Source of the DNA: Rhodospirillales bacterium
GTDB taxonomy: Bacteria > Pseudomonadota > Alphaproteobacteria > Rhodospirillales > UBA2165
Length of the DNA stretch: 64,000 nucleotides
NCBI GenBank assembly: GCA_030745835.1
Contig: JASLNU010000016.1
Coordinates: 40,945-104,944, forward strand
Reading direction: 5' to 3'
Below are positions 36,477 to 46,579 of this stretch, piece by piece. Position 1 is the first letter of the stretch. The number at the start of each line of letters is the position of its first letter. The translations under genes were made by a program, and so were the position numbers. The notes under the pieces are model-generated. The model worked only from the letters and a program-made list of their open reading frames with translations, had not been told where the DNA came from and made no database searches.

Positions 36477-36503
36477 AGAATGCTGTTGCGAATGGAGGCG
36501 GTC

Positions 36504-37538
36504 ATGGAAAATATCATTGAAAAATACAGTCCGCTGGAAGCCTACCTGGACGCTTGGACGATGGGCGATCCGGCGCGCCGCGCCATCGCCGAAACGGTCG
36601 CCGCGTTGGCCAAATCCTGCATCACCATAGCGGCGCTGGTGGCCAAGGGGCCGCTGGCCGGCGAACCCGGCAAGGTGGTCGGCAACAACGCCGACGGCGA
36701 TGCCCAGCAGGAGTTGGATATGCTCGCCAATCAAATCATCGTCGACGGGCTGTGCGCCGCGCCGGTGGACCGCATCATCTCGGAAGAGATGGAAAAGCCG
36801 ATGGAGTTCACGCCGGAAGCGTCGCTGACCGTTGCCGTCGATCCGCTCGACGGTTCGTCCAACATCGACACCAATCTTTCGCTGGGCACCATATTCTCGA
36901 TAACCTCGGTTGCCGCCCGGCGGCTGCCGAGGGGCGCCGATCAGGTTGCCGCCGGATACGTCATCTATGGGCCGCAGACCATGCTGGTCCTCTCGGTGGG
37001 CGACGGAACCCACATTTTCACCCTCGATCCCGACAGCGGCGTCTTTAAATTGACCACGGCGGCGGTTTCGATCCCGACGAACACCCGCGAATTTGCCATT
37101 AACGTTTCCAATTTCAGCCACTGGGACGGGCAAATCAAAACCTATATCGGCGACTGTTTGGATGGCGAACATGGGCGCCGCAAGGATAATTTCAATATGC
37201 GCTGGAACGCGTCCCTGGTTGCCGATTGCCATCGCATTCTGTCGCGCGGCGGAATTTTCCTTTACCCCGCCGACGGGCGCAAGGGTTATGCCGAAGGACG
37301 CCTCAGGCTGCTTTACGAAGCCAACCCGATCGCCTTTCTGATCGAACAGGCGGGCGGGCGCGCCTCATCCGGGCGCCTGCCGATCCTGGAACTTGATCCG
37401 ACCCACGTGCATCAGCGGGTGCCGCTTATTTTCGGCTCGGTCAACGAGGTCGAACGGGTTGAAAGCCTCTATGCCGACCTAATCCCGGCCGGCGATCCGT
37501 CGCCCCTGTTCGAATATCGCGGCTTGTTCCGGTACTGA
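36504..37538 (+). CDS. cbbF: Fructose-1,6-/sedoheptulose-1,7-bisphosphatase, class 1 (CBB-cycle type)
   Basis: I prefer the ATG at 36504 (MENIIEKYSPLEAYL...) because GGAGG lies 5 nt upstream. The track start at 36339 would read through the terminator hairpin. Motif 'AVDPLDGSSNID'. Confidence 0.85.
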   Translation: MENIIEKYSPLEAYLDAWTMGDPARRAIAETVAALAKSCITIAALVAKGPLAGEPGKVVGNNADGDAQQELDMLANQIIVDGLCAAPVDRIISEEMEKPMEFTPEASLTVAVDPLDGSSNIDTNLSLGTIFSITSVAARRLPRGADQVAAGYVIYGPQTMLVLSVGDGTHIFTLDPDSGVFKLTTAAVSIPTNTREFAINVSNFSHWDGQIKTYIGDCLDGEHGRRKDNFNMRWNASLVADCHRILSRGGIFLYPADGRKGYAEGRLRLLYEANPIAFLIEQAGGRASSGRLPILELDPTHVHQRVPLIFGSVNEVERVESLYADLIPAGDPSPLFEYRGLFRY

Positions 37539-37561
37539 TACCGGCGGAAAGGAACAGAAAC

Positions 37562-38428
37562 ATGTCCATTAAACATCCGATAATTTCGGTGACCGGATCG
37601 TCCGGCGCCGGCACCACATCGGTCAAGGATACGTTCCAGTTGATTTTCTGGCGCGAAAAGGTCAACGCCGCCTTTGTCGAGGGCGACGCCTTTCACCGCT
37701 ATGACCGCGAAGACATGAAACAAAGGGCTATCGATGAAGCCGCCGGCGGCAATGACCATTTCAGCCATTTCGGCCCTGATTCCAACTTGCTCGAGGAACT
37801 GGAAGCCGTGTTTCGCGAATATGGCGAGACCGGCGGCGGGCGTACGCGTCACTATGTCCACGATCTCGAAGAAGCGGAACTTTACGGTTCGCCCGCCGGC
37901 ACCTTCACCGAATGGGAAGCCTTTCCCGAAGGCACCGATTTGATGTTCTACGAGGGCCTGCATGGGGCCGCCGTTACCGACAAAGTGGACATCCCCCGTC
38001 ATGCCGACCTTAGGATCGGTGTCGTCCCGGTGATAAACCTGGAATGGATTCAAAAGCTGCACCGCGACAAGGAAACGCGCGGCTATTCGACCGAGGCGGT
38101 GACCGACACCATCCTCCGGCGGATGCCCGACTACATCAACTATATCTGTCCGCAGTTTTCGGAAACCGATATCAATTTCCAGCGCATCCCCACCGTCGAT
38201 ACCTCGAACCCGTTTATCGCGCGCTGGATACCGACCGCCGATGAATCGATGGTGGTGATCCGTTTCCGCGATCCGCGCGGCATCGATTTCCCCTATCTGG
38301 TGTCGATGATCCATGACAGCTTCATGTCGCGCGCCAATATCATCGTCGTCCCTGGGGCTAAGCTGGATCTGGCCATGCAGCTGATCCTGACGCCGATGGT
38401 AATGAAACTCATATCCTTGAAGCCTTGA
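37562..38428 (+). CDS. cbbP: Phosphoribulokinase
   Basis: 288 aa with the N-terminus '[17 protein letters not shown]', typical of bacterial PRK. Confidence 0.9.
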   Translation: MSIKHPIISVTGSSGAGTTSVKDTFQLIFWREKVNAAFVEGDAFHRYDREDMKQRAIDEAAGGNDHFSHFGPDSNLLEELEAVFREYGETGGGRTRHYVHDLEEAELYGSPAGTFTEWEAFPEGTDLMFYEGLHGAAVTDKVDIPRHADLRIGVVPVINLEWIQKLHRDKETRGYSTEAVTDTILRRMPDYINYICPQFSETDINFQRIPTVDTSNPFIARWIPTADESMVVIRFRDPRGIDFPYLVSMIHDSFMSRANIIVVPGAKLDLAMQLILTPMVMKLISLKP

Positions 38429-38453
38429 ATTCTCGTTCGAAAGGGACCGGACA

Positions 38454-39833
38454 ATGGACCAGTCAAACCGCTACGCCGATCTGAGCCTGAAAGAAGCCGA
38501 TCTTATCGCCGGGGGCAAACATGTCCTCTGTGCCTACATCATGAAGCCGAAGGCCGGCTACGGATATCTGGAAACCGCCGCCCATTTCGCCGCCGAATCC
38601 TCGACCGGCACCAATGTCGAGGTTTCGACCACCGACGATTTCACCCGTGGCGTCGACGCCCTGGTCTATGAAGTCGACGCAGCCGGCGAGATCATGAAAA
38701 TCGCCTATCCGACCGACCTTTTTGACCGCAACATCACCGACGGCCGCGCCATGATCGCCTCGTTCCTGACGCTCTGCATCGGCAACAACCAGGGCATGGG
38801 CGATGTCGAATACGCCAAGATGCACGATTTCTACATGCCGCCCGAATATTTAAGCCTCTATGACGGGCCGGCAACCACCATCGCCGATCTGTGGCGCGTG
38901 TTGGGGCGCCCCGAGGTGGATGGCGGTTTCATCGTCGGCACCATCATCAAACCCAAGCTTGGCCTGCGCCCGCAACCCTTCGCCGACGCGGCGTACGATT
39001 TCTGGCTGGGCGGCGATTTCATCAAGAACGACGAGCCCCAGGGCAACCAACCCTTCGCGCCGTTGAAGGAAACCATCACCTTGGTGGCCGACGCATTGCG
39101 CCGCGCCCAGGACGACACCGGCGAGGCGAAATTGTTTTCCGCCAACATCACCGCCGACGATTATCATGAAATGATCGCGCGCGGCGAGTTCATCCTGGAA
39201 AGCTTTGCCGAGAACGCCGGCCATGTGGCGTTCCTGGTGGACGGTTATGTGGCCGGCCCGCAGGCCATCACCACGGCCAGGCGCACATTTCCAAACCAAT
39301 ATCTGCATTATCACCGGGCCGGCCACGGCGCCGTCACCTCGCCGCAATCGAAGCGCGGCTACACCGCCTTCGTGCTTTCCAAGATGGCCCGCCTGCAAGG
39401 GGCGTCGGGCATCCATACCGGCACCATGAGCTTCGGCAAGATGGAAGGCGAATTGGGAGACAAGAACATGGCCTATATGATCGAGCGCGACAGCGCCGAC
39501 GGCCCGTTCTTCCATCAGGAATGGCTGGGCATGAAGCCGACCACGCCGATCATATCGGGCGGCATGAACGCCCTCCGCATTCCCGGCTTTTTCGACAATC
39601 TGGGTCATTCCAACCTGATCCTGACCGCCGGCGGCGGCTCTTATGGCCATCTTGACGGACCGGCGGCGGGCGCCGTCTCCCTGCGCCAGGCGGAACGATG
39701 CTGGAAGGCCGGCGCCGACCCGGTTGCCTTCGCCCAGGATCACCAGGAATTTGCCCGCGCCTTCGAAAGTTTTAGCACCGATGCCGACCAGCTTTATCCA
39801 AGCTGGCGCGAGGCGCTGAAACCGGCGGCGTAG
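38454..39833 (+). CDS. cbbM: RuBisCO form II large subunit
   Basis: 459 aa. '[38 protein letters not shown]', '[16 protein letters not shown]' and '[23 protein letters not shown]' are near-identical to the R. rubrum CbbM blocks recalled from memory. Confidence 0.95.
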   Translation: MDQSNRYADLSLKEADLIAGGKHVLCAYIMKPKAGYGYLETAAHFAAESSTGTNVEVSTTDDFTRGVDALVYEVDAAGEIMKIAYPTDLFDRNITDGRAMIASFLTLCIGNNQGMGDVEYAKMHDFYMPPEYLSLYDGPATTIADLWRVLGRPEVDGGFIVGTIIKPKLGLRPQPFADAAYDFWLGGDFIKNDEPQGNQPFAPLKETITLVADALRRAQDDTGEAKLFSANITADDYHEMIARGEFILESFAENAGHVAFLVDGYVAGPQAITTARRTFPNQYLHYHRAGHGAVTSPQSKRGYTAFVLSKMARLQGASGIHTGTMSFGKMEGELGDKNMAYMIERDSADGPFFHQEWLGMKPTTPIISGGMNALRIPGFFDNLGHSNLILTAGGGSYGHLDGPAAGAVSLRQAERCWKAGADPVAFAQDHQEFARAFESFSTDADQLYPSWREALKPAA

Positions 39834-39865
39834 TTCCCAAATCCTTCCAATTTAATAAGGCCCAA

Positions 39866-39893
39866 AATCGGCTTTATGAAAGCCGCTTTATCT
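39866..39893 (+). terminator. Small hairpin downstream of cbbM (possible terminator)
   Basis: 'cggcttt' (39869-39875) pairs with 'aaagccg' (39879-39885) across a 3-nt loop, followed by 'ctttatct'. Confidence 0.4.
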
Positions 39894-39942
39894 GAGATGT
39901 TGATATGCTTGGGTAAACCCGGGAATTTGGGGCGGATCAATC

Positions 39943-40647
39943 ATGACCGATGTCGGTGGCGCCTTCGCGGCGGCGGCAACGTTAATTCTAAACCTGGAAA
40001 GCGGGCTCGCGGAAATCGTCCTCTTGTCGCTGAGGATCAGCCTGGTCGCGGTCGCCGTCGCCTGCATCATCGGGCTGCCGATGGGCGCGGCGCTGGCGGT
40101 TTTCCGTTTTCCCGGACGCAAGGTTATCGTCGTCGTCCTGAACGCGTTGATGGGCCTGCCGCCGGTGGTGGTCGGCCTGATCGTCTATCTGGCGCTGTCG
40201 CGCTCGGGCCCGTTCGGAACCCTGGGGCTGCTGTTTACGCCGGCCGCCATGATCATCGCCCAGGTGTTCTTGATCACGCCGATTATCGCCGCCCTCACCC
40301 GGCAATCGACCGAAGACCTCTGGAACGAATATTCGGAACATCTCAGATCCATCGGCTCAAGCCCGATGCAGACCGTCAGCACGCTTCTCTGGGATGACCG
40401 GTTCAGTTTGATCACCACCGTGCTGGCCGGGTTCGGGCGGGCCAGCGCCGAGGTTGGCGCGGTGATGATCGTCGGCGGCAATATCGATCATTTGACCCGG
40501 GTGATGACCACCTCGATCGCGCTCGAAACTTCGAAGGGCGATCTGGCGCTGGCGCTGGGCCTTGGCATCATCCTTCTGGTCCTGGCGCTGAGCGTCAACG
40601 CGGCGGCGTTCCTGGTCAACGAGGCGGCGATGAAACGTCATGGATAA
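39943..40647 (+). CDS. tupB: ABC transporter permease, tungstate/oxyanion (TupB-like)
   Basis: 234-aa protein with about 5 TM segments, in an operon with a TupA-like binding protein. Confidence 0.55.
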   Translation: MTDVGGAFAAAATLILNLESGLAEIVLLSLRISLVAVAVACIIGLPMGAALAVFRFPGRKVIVVVLNALMGLPPVVVGLIVYLALSRSGPFGTLGLLFTPAAMIIAQVFLITPIIAALTRQSTEDLWNEYSEHLRSIGSSPMQTVSTLLWDDRFSLITTVLAGFGRASAEVGAVMIVGGNIDHLTRVMTTSIALETSKGDLALALGLGIILLVLALSVNAAAFLVNEAAMKRHG

Positions 40648-41458
40648 TCGAATCGGCCCAGCGGCGGCGGAAGAAAAATTGGCGGTCGGTTGCAACCTGC
40701 TGCCCCTGGTGCTCGACAAACTTTCCTATGAAATCGGCGGCACCCGGCTGATCAAGGAAATTTCGGCAAGTTTCGATGCCGGCTCGCTGACCGTGCTGAT
40801 GGGCCCCAACGGCGCCGGCAAAAGCTTGCTTTTGCGCCTCTGTCACGGTTTGATCGCGCCCTCGAGCGGCGCTATCAGATGGGACGGCACGAAGCCACGG
40901 AACCCGGAGCATTATCAGGCGATGGTCTTCCAGCGGCCCACCATGTTGCGCCGTTCGGTCACCGCCAACCTGCACCATGTATTGAAGCAGCGCCGGATTG
41001 CGCGCGCCCAACGCCTCGAAATCATCGACGACATGCTTAGGCGGACCGGCCTGGCGCGCCTGGCAAAAGCGCCGGCGCGCTCGCTTTCGGTCGGCGAACA
41101 GCAGCGCCTGGCGGTGGCCCGCGCCTGGTCGGTGAAGCCCGAGGTTCTGTTCATGGACGAGCCGACCGCGGCTCTCGATCCCGCCGCCACGCACGCGCTC
41201 GAAGATATCATCGCGGCGATACGGGATTCGGGGACCAAAATCATCATGTCCACCCACGATCTCGGCCAGGCGCGGCGCCTTGCCGATGATGTGGCGTTCC
41301 TCTATCGCGGACGGCTTCTGGAGCGGGCGGATGCCAAGTCATTCTTCGATAAGCCGGAGAACGATCTGGCCGAAGCGTTTCTGAATGGCGAGCTGTTGTG
41401 GTGGAACCGCAAGGAAATGAAGCCGCCGGAAAATTTCAAGGTGCGTTGGCAGAAATGA
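40640..41458 (+). CDS. tupC: ABC transporter ATP-binding protein (TupC-like)
   Basis: Walker A 'GPNGAGKSLL', signature 'LSVGEQQRLAVA' and Walker B 'VLFMDEPT'. Confidence 0.6.
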   Translation: MDNRIGPAAAEEKLAVGCNLLPLVLDKLSYEIGGTRLIKEISASFDAGSLTVLMGPNGAGKSLLLRLCHGLIAPSSGAIRWDGTKPRNPEHYQAMVFQRPTMLRRSVTANLHHVLKQRRIARAQRLEIIDDMLRRTGLARLAKAPARSLSVGEQQRLAVARAWSVKPEVLFMDEPTAALDPAATHALEDIIAAIRDSGTKIIMSTHDLGQARRLADDVAFLYRGRLLERADAKSFFDKPENDLAEAFLNGELLWWNRKEMKPPENFKVRWQK

Positions 41459-42315
41459 GCCGGGCGGCGTTTTTGCTGTTCGGATTGGCGGCGGTAACGT
41501 CGATCCTGATGCAATCCGCCGGGCCGGCGCGCGCCGCCGAGAATTCTTTCATCATGGCCTCGACCACATCGACGGTGAATTCCGGATTGTTCAAATCCAT
41601 CCTGCCGCTTTTTACCGCGCGAACCGGGATCGCCGCCCGGGTATTGGGGGTCGGCACCGGGCAGGCGATCCGCATTGCCGAGCGGGGCGATGCCGATGTC
41701 CTGTTCGTCCACCACAGGGAATCCGAGCTGGCCTTTGTTCAAGGCGGCTTCGGCGTTAAGCGCCATGACGTGATGTTCAATGATTTCGTCGTCGTCGGCC
41801 CGGCGGCTGACGCGGCGCGGGTCGGGAGCGCCGGAAGCGCGAGCCGGGCCTACCGGAAAATCGCCGCCGCCCGGTCGATATTCGTATCCCGCGGCGATGA
41901 CAGCGGCACCCACAGGAAAAGCCTGGAAATCTGGCGCCGCGCCGGTGTCGAGGTCAAGAATTTCAGCGGCCGATGGTACCGCGAAGCCGGCGCCGGCATG
42001 GGCGCCACCCTCAATATCGCCACCTCGATGGAAGCCTACACCTTGACCGACCGGGCCACTTGGGAAGCTTTCCGCAACAAGGGATCGCACCGGATACTGT
42101 ACGAGGGCGGGCCCGGCCTTAAGAATCAGTATGGTGTAATCCTGGTCAATCCGGCGCGCCACCGTCATATTCGCGTGGCCGCGGCGCGCGCCTTCATCGA
42201 CTGGGTGTTGTCGGATGCGGGGCAGGCAGCTATCGATGGCTTTCGCATCAACGGCAAGCAGATATTTTTCGCCAACGGGCGGCGCGCAGGGGGCGGGGAG
42301 GCAGGAAAGCAATGA
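41455..42315 (+). CDS. tupA: Periplasmic tungstate/oxyanion-binding protein (TupA-like)
   Basis: I prefer the ATG at 41455 (ATGA overlap with the ATPase stop), giving a signal peptide 'MSRAAFLLFGLAAVTSILMQSAGPARA'. Anion-binding motif 'ASTTSTVNSGL'. Confidence 0.55.
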   Translation: MSRAAFLLFGLAAVTSILMQSAGPARAAENSFIMASTTSTVNSGLFKSILPLFTARTGIAARVLGVGTGQAIRIAERGDADVLFVHHRESELAFVQGGFGVKRHDVMFNDFVVVGPAADAARVGSAGSASRAYRKIAAARSIFVSRGDDSGTHRKSLEIWRRAGVEVKNFSGRWYREAGAGMGATLNIATSMEAYTLTDRATWEAFRNKGSHRILYEGGPGLKNQYGVILVNPARHRHIRVAAARAFIDWVLSDAGQAAIDGFRINGKQIFFANGRRAGGGEAGKQ

Positions 42316-43907
42316 ACGAAATTGCGGAATTCGATTACGTGATCGTCGGCGCCGGTTCGGCGGGGTGCGTTGTCGCCAACCGGCTGAGCGAGGACGAAGA
42401 CGTCTCGGTCTGCCTGTTGGAGGCGGGGCCGCCCGACCGCAGCTGGCAAATCCATGTGCCGCTGGCGGTGATCTGGGCGATGATGAACGACAAGATTATT
42501 TGGAGATTCAATTCGGCGCCGCAGAAAAATGCCGGCGGCAGGTCCATATATATGCCGCGCGGCAGAACCCTCGGCGGCTCCTCCGCGATCAACGGCATGG
42601 TCTATGTGCGCGGCAATCCCGGCGACTATGACGAATGGGCGGAAGCCGGTAATTCAGGCTGGTCGTGGACCGACGTTAAGCCGTATTTCCTGAAATCCGA
42701 AAACAACGAACAATTTGCCGGCGATGGCCATCACGCCGCCGGCGGGCCGCTCAACGTGACCTTCATTTCCGATCCCAATCCGGTGGTCGATAGCTTTGTC
42801 GCCGCCGCGATGAGCCTTCAGTACCGCCACAATCCCGATTTCAACGGCGACACCGAGGAAGGCTTTGGCATCCACCAGGTAACCCAGAAGGGCGGGCGCC
42901 GCTGGACCACGGCGCGCGCTTTCCTGGAACCGGCGCGGTCGCGCAAGAATTTGACCATCATGACCGACGCGCCGGTAACGCGGGTGCTCCTCGAGGGCGG
43001 GCGGGCCACCGGCGTTGCCCTCGACGGCGGCCGGACGGTTGGCGCCCGGCGCGAGGTGATCCTGTCGGCCGGTGCCATCACATCGCCGAAAATCCTGATG
43101 CAATCGGGTATCGGCGACGGCGCCGATCTGCAAGGCTTGGGTATAACCACCCGGCATCAATTACCCGGTGTCGGGCGCAACCTGCAGGATCATGCCAGTA
43201 TTCATGCCCTTGTCAGGGTCAAAAGCCGCGTCCCGGTCGGGTTTTCGATATCGGCCATGCCCAGGCTGGCTTTATCGGTTTTCGATTACGCCTTTCGCCG
43301 GCGCGGTTTGTGGTCGTCCAACATGGTCGAGGCCGGCGGCTTTATCCGCACCAGGCCGGACCTGACCCGGCCCGATATTCAATATGTGCTGACCCCGGGC
43401 TACCGCGCCCGCCCGCCCAGACTGATTGCCTATGGCCACGGCTATTCCATCACCAGCGTGCTGCTGCGTCCCAAGAGCCGGGGGCGCGTGACCCTGGCAA
43501 ATGGCGGCGAATCCTTTGCGCCGGTCATCGATTCCCGCTTTTTCGAGCAAGCCGAAGATTTGGAAACCCTGCTGCGCGGCTTCAAGGAATCCTTCCGCCT
43601 TTTGCAAGCAGATGCGTTTCAAGGTTACCAGCCGATCGATTATCTGCCGCGCACCGGCGCCAGCGACGACGAATTGCGCCAATATATCCTGGACAACTCG
43701 GCAACTATTTTCCACCCGGTCGGCACCTGCAAGATGGGCTCGGGCGAAGCGGCGGTGGTCGATGCGCGGCTGCGGGTGCACGGGCTCGAGGGCCTGCGCG
43801 TCGCCGATGCCTCGATCATGCCGACCATCGTCGGCGGCAATACCAACGCGCCGGCCATCATGATCGGCGAAAAAGCGTCCGATATGATCAAGCAGGATGC
43901 CCGCTAA
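42312..43907 (+). CDS. GMC-family FAD oxidoreductase (choline/alcohol dehydrogenase-like)
   Basis: 531 aa with 'FDYVIVGAGSAGCVVANRLSED', 'GGSSAINGMVYVRG' and C-terminal 'HPVGTCKMG'. Confidence 0.85.
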   Translation: MNEIAEFDYVIVGAGSAGCVVANRLSEDEDVSVCLLEAGPPDRSWQIHVPLAVIWAMMNDKIIWRFNSAPQKNAGGRSIYMPRGRTLGGSSAINGMVYVRGNPGDYDEWAEAGNSGWSWTDVKPYFLKSENNEQFAGDGHHAAGGPLNVTFISDPNPVVDSFVAAAMSLQYRHNPDFNGDTEEGFGIHQVTQKGGRRWTTARAFLEPARSRKNLTIMTDAPVTRVLLEGGRATGVALDGGRTVGARREVILSAGAITSPKILMQSGIGDGADLQGLGITTRHQLPGVGRNLQDHASIHALVRVKSRVPVGFSISAMPRLALSVFDYAFRRRGLWSSNMVEAGGFIRTRPDLTRPDIQYVLTPGYRARPPRLIAYGHGYSITSVLLRPKSRGRVTLANGGESFAPVIDSRFFEQAEDLETLLRGFKESFRLLQADAFQGYQPIDYLPRTGASDDELRQYILDNSATIFHPVGTCKMGSGEAAVVDARLRVHGLEGLRVADASIMPTIVGGNTNAPAIMIGEKASDMIKQDAR

Positions 43908-43914
43908 GGCTTGA

Positions 43915-44448
43915 TCAGTTCAGCTTGTCCGGCAAGTCCTGGATGGCCTCGTCGATCAGGCTGGCCGCCTTTTCGCCCTGGGCCTGTTCAGCCAGCAGCG
44001 TCCGTGTCGCGTCCACCGCCAGATCGGCGGCGACGGCGCGGACCTGGTTGGTGGCATCGGATTCGGCCTGGGCGATGCGGTCTATCGCCTGTTTTTCGCG
44101 TCGCTTGAGGGAGGCTTCGAGTTCTTCGGTCATGCGCTGGCGCAAAGCCTGCCCTTCGTCACGCGCGCGCGCGATTATGTCCTCGCTCTCTTTCTCCGCC
44201 TCGGTCAGCTTGCGCTTATAGCTGGCCAAGAGGTTCTGCGCTTCCTCGCGAAGCTGGGTCGCTTCCTCGATCCGGTTCTGGATTTCGGCAATTTTTTCAT
44301 CGAGGGCGGAGGTGGCGATGCGCCAGGCGGGCTTGGCCAGCAATGCGGCCAGGATGACGAAGGATATGGCGACCCAGAATGTGGGCGAATGCCAGAAGGG
44401 TTCCGCACTGGCGGCGCCGGCCGATGCGGCATAAGCGTTTGATATCAT
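43915..44448 (-). CDS. atpF: ATP synthase F0 subunit b
   Basis: 177 aa with a single N-terminal TM segment and a long charged helix. It is the last gene of the alphaproteobacterial F0 operon. Confidence 0.8.
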   Translation of the reverse strand: MISNAYAASAGAASAEPFWHSPTFWVAISFVILAALLAKPAWRIATSALDEKIAEIQNRIEEATQLREEAQNLLASYKRKLTEAEKESEDIIARARDEGQALRQRMTEELEASLKRREKQAIDRIAQAESDATNQVRAVAADLAVDATRTLLAEQAQGEKAASLIDEAIQDLPDKLN

Positions 44449-44939
44449 CAGTTCCTTGCCTCCAACGCCCTGTCGATGGCGGCGGCGACCGCCGCGTCCG
44501 TCGGTTTCTCGCCGATCAGGCGTTCGGTCGCGACGGCGGCGGCTTCGATGGCGGCTTCGCGAATACCGGCCACCGCGTCCTGTTTCGCCTGGGTGATATT
44601 TTCCTCGGCGGCCTTGATCGTCTCCGCCATTTCCTTGCCCAGCTCTTCGGTGCGGCGGGTGGCTTCCTCGGATGCGGCCCGGGCGGCGTCCTGGATGGCG
44701 CCGCGCGCCTGTTCGCGCGCCTGGATCAGAGCCGCCTCGTAAGCCTCCAATTCGGTATCGGCCTCGGCGCGCAGGTTTTCGGCGGCGTCAAGATTGTCGT
44801 CGATCTTTTCCTGGCGCTCTTCGAGAACCTGGGCGATGCGCGGCAATGCGACGCGCGACATCAGCACGTAAAGGAGAACAAAGGCGATCACCAGCCAGAC
44901 GATCTGGGTGGGAAAGGTTAGGATATCGAACTGTGGCAT
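44448..44939 (-). CDS. atpF2: ATP synthase F0 subunit b'
   Basis: 163 aa. 'MPQFDILTFPTQIVWLVIAFVLLYVLM' is typical of b'. Confidence 0.8.
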   Translation of the reverse strand: MPQFDILTFPTQIVWLVIAFVLLYVLMSRVALPRIAQVLEERQEKIDDNLDAAENLRAEADTELEAYEAALIQAREQARGAIQDAARAASEEATRRTEELGKEMAETIKAAEENITQAKQDAVAGIREAAIEAAAVATERLIGEKPTDAAVAAAIDRALEARN

Positions 44940-45019
44940 CGGTGTCCCATTGGCGGTCGTGGGGCGGCCGTGGGGCCGTTGATCGGTATCGGAACCCTTT
45001 ACGGGCCCCGATCATCCAA

Positions 45020-45244
45020 TCAGGTGAACAGCAGGATAAGCGCGATAACCAGCGCGAAAATGGCGAGCGCCTCGACCAGCGCGAAGCCGATGAAGGTCAT
45101 CGTGCGGATCGAACCCTCGGACGCCGGATTACGGCCAACGGCGGCAATGAAGCTAGCGAAAATCAAGCCGATGCCGACCCCCGGGCCGATAACGCCGAGC
45201 ACGGCCAATCCCGCGCCGAGCAGCTTTGCAGCTTCTGTTTCCAT
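45020..45244 (-). CDS. atpE: ATP synthase F0 subunit c
   Basis: 74-aa two-helix proteolipid with a 'GRNP' loop and the carboxylate in 'FALVEALAIFA'. Confidence 0.95.
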   Translation of the reverse strand: METEAAKLLGAGLAVLGVIGPGVGIGLIFASFIAAVGRNPASEGSIRTMTFIGFALVEALAIFALVIALILLFT

Positions 45245-45295
45245 GATGGGATATCCTTTCTTAATCTGGAATTCAGGTAATCTGGTGATTGTCGA

Positions 45296-46027
45296 TCAGT
45301 GAAGGTGGACCGCATCGTTGATGTAGATGCAGGTCAGAATGGCGAAAATATAGGCTTGCAGGAATGCAATCAGAAGTTCGAGCGCCGATACCGCGACCAA
45401 TCCGGCAATCGGCACGATACCGAATATGCCGAGCGGCACGACGAAACCGGCAACCACCTTCAACAGGGTGTGCCCGGCCATCATGTTGGCGAACAGGCGC
45501 ACGCTCAGGCTTATCGGGCGCGACAGGTACGAGATGATCTCGATCGGGATCAACAGCGGCGCCATGAAAATCGGTACGCCTTCGGGCAGGAAGTAGCCGA
45601 AGAACTTGACGCCGTGCTTGGCGATGGCGATCACCGTGACGGCGACGAATATGAAGCCGGCCATGGCGAAGGTGACGATGATGTGGCTGGTATAGGTGAA
45701 GGCATAGGGCAAGAGGCCGAGCATGTTGCCGAACAAGACGAACATGAACAGCGTGAAAACGAAGGGGAAGTAGGGCCGCCCTTCCTTGCCGACGGTGTCG
45801 CTGACCATTTTTGCGATAAAGCCGTAACTGAGCTCGGCGATCAATTGCCAGCGGCCCGGCACCAGGGCACGGCTGCGCACGCCGAGGATCATCATCGCCG
45901 ACGCCGCCAGTATGGCCAGGATCATGAAGGCGGCGGAATTGGTGAACGAAACATCAAAATCGCCGATGCGAATCGGTAGCCATGGCGTAATTTCGAACTG
46001 TTCTAACGGATTATGCGCTTCAGCCAC
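45296..46027 (-). CDS. atpB: ATP synthase F0 subunit a
   Basis: 243 aa with 'LSVRLFANMMAGH' (essential Arg). Confidence 0.95.
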   Translation of the reverse strand: MAEAHNPLEQFEITPWLPIRIGDFDVSFTNSAAFMILAILAASAMMILGVRSRALVPGRWQLIAELSYGFIAKMVSDTVGKEGRPYFPFVFTLFMFVLFGNMLGLLPYAFTYTSHIIVTFAMAGFIFVAVTVIAIAKHGVKFFGYFLPEGVPIFMAPLLIPIEIISYLSRPISLSVRLFANMMAGHTLLKVVAGFVVPLGIFGIVPIAGLVAVSALELLIAFLQAYIFAILTCIYINDAVHLH

Positions 46028-46415
46028 TCAACCGGTCCCCTGGTTCGTCGTCGGTGGTGCCGTTTTTCGTCTGGCTGCCCGGCGAAGGGCGTTTATAGCC
46101 CGCGCTGTACCCCAAATTATTGACCAAACGAAATACGTTCAAAATACCTGCCGCGCCTCCTAACAGCGCGAATAGAATCAACAGCCACGGCTTGGTTTCC
46201 AGCCACCGGTCCAAAACAAGGCCGATGCCGATACCAACCCCCAATGCCGCAATCATTTCCGTGCCGACGCGGGTGGCGACTGCCAACCCGCTTCGATGCG
46301 ATTCCGACGCTGCCCCGGGCTTTCCATTAGGCTCCGAAAACGGCTGTTCCCCGCGCAGGCGGTGAATGCGTGTTTCAAAGTCTTGCTTGGACCGTGGATC
46401 TTTTCCCTCGCTCAT
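46020..46415 (-). CDS. atpI: ATP synthase protein I (AtpI-like)
   Basis: I prefer the ATG at 46415 (MSEGKDPRSK...). It is a small protein with two TM segments, directly upstream of and overlapping atpB. Confidence 0.6.
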   Translation of the reverse strand: MSEGKDPRSKQDFETRIHRLRGEQPFSEPNGKPGAASESHRSGLAVATRVGTEMIAALGVGIGIGLVLDRWLETKPWLLILFALLGGAAGILNVFRLVNNLGYSAGYKRPSPGSQTKNGTTDDEPGDRLSG

Positions 46416-46579
46416 CGCGAAGACCTCCACCGTCTGATAAGAGGGGCTGTCGGCAGAAAACTCCTTCCGGACGAAGTCGCGCCATTGAATTCGCGGGAAC
46501 ATATCTTCCGCACCAGGCACTGTCAAGGTTCAAAGGCCTTGACCTAAATGGCTGATATTAAACAAAAATAATTCGATTT

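Noticed and set aside
36339-36503. Upstream extension of the cbbF ORF (track start at 36339)
   Set aside because: The extension would translate through the heptamer repeats and the terminator hairpin. FBPase homology starts at MENIIEKY (36504), which has a good GGAGG RBS.
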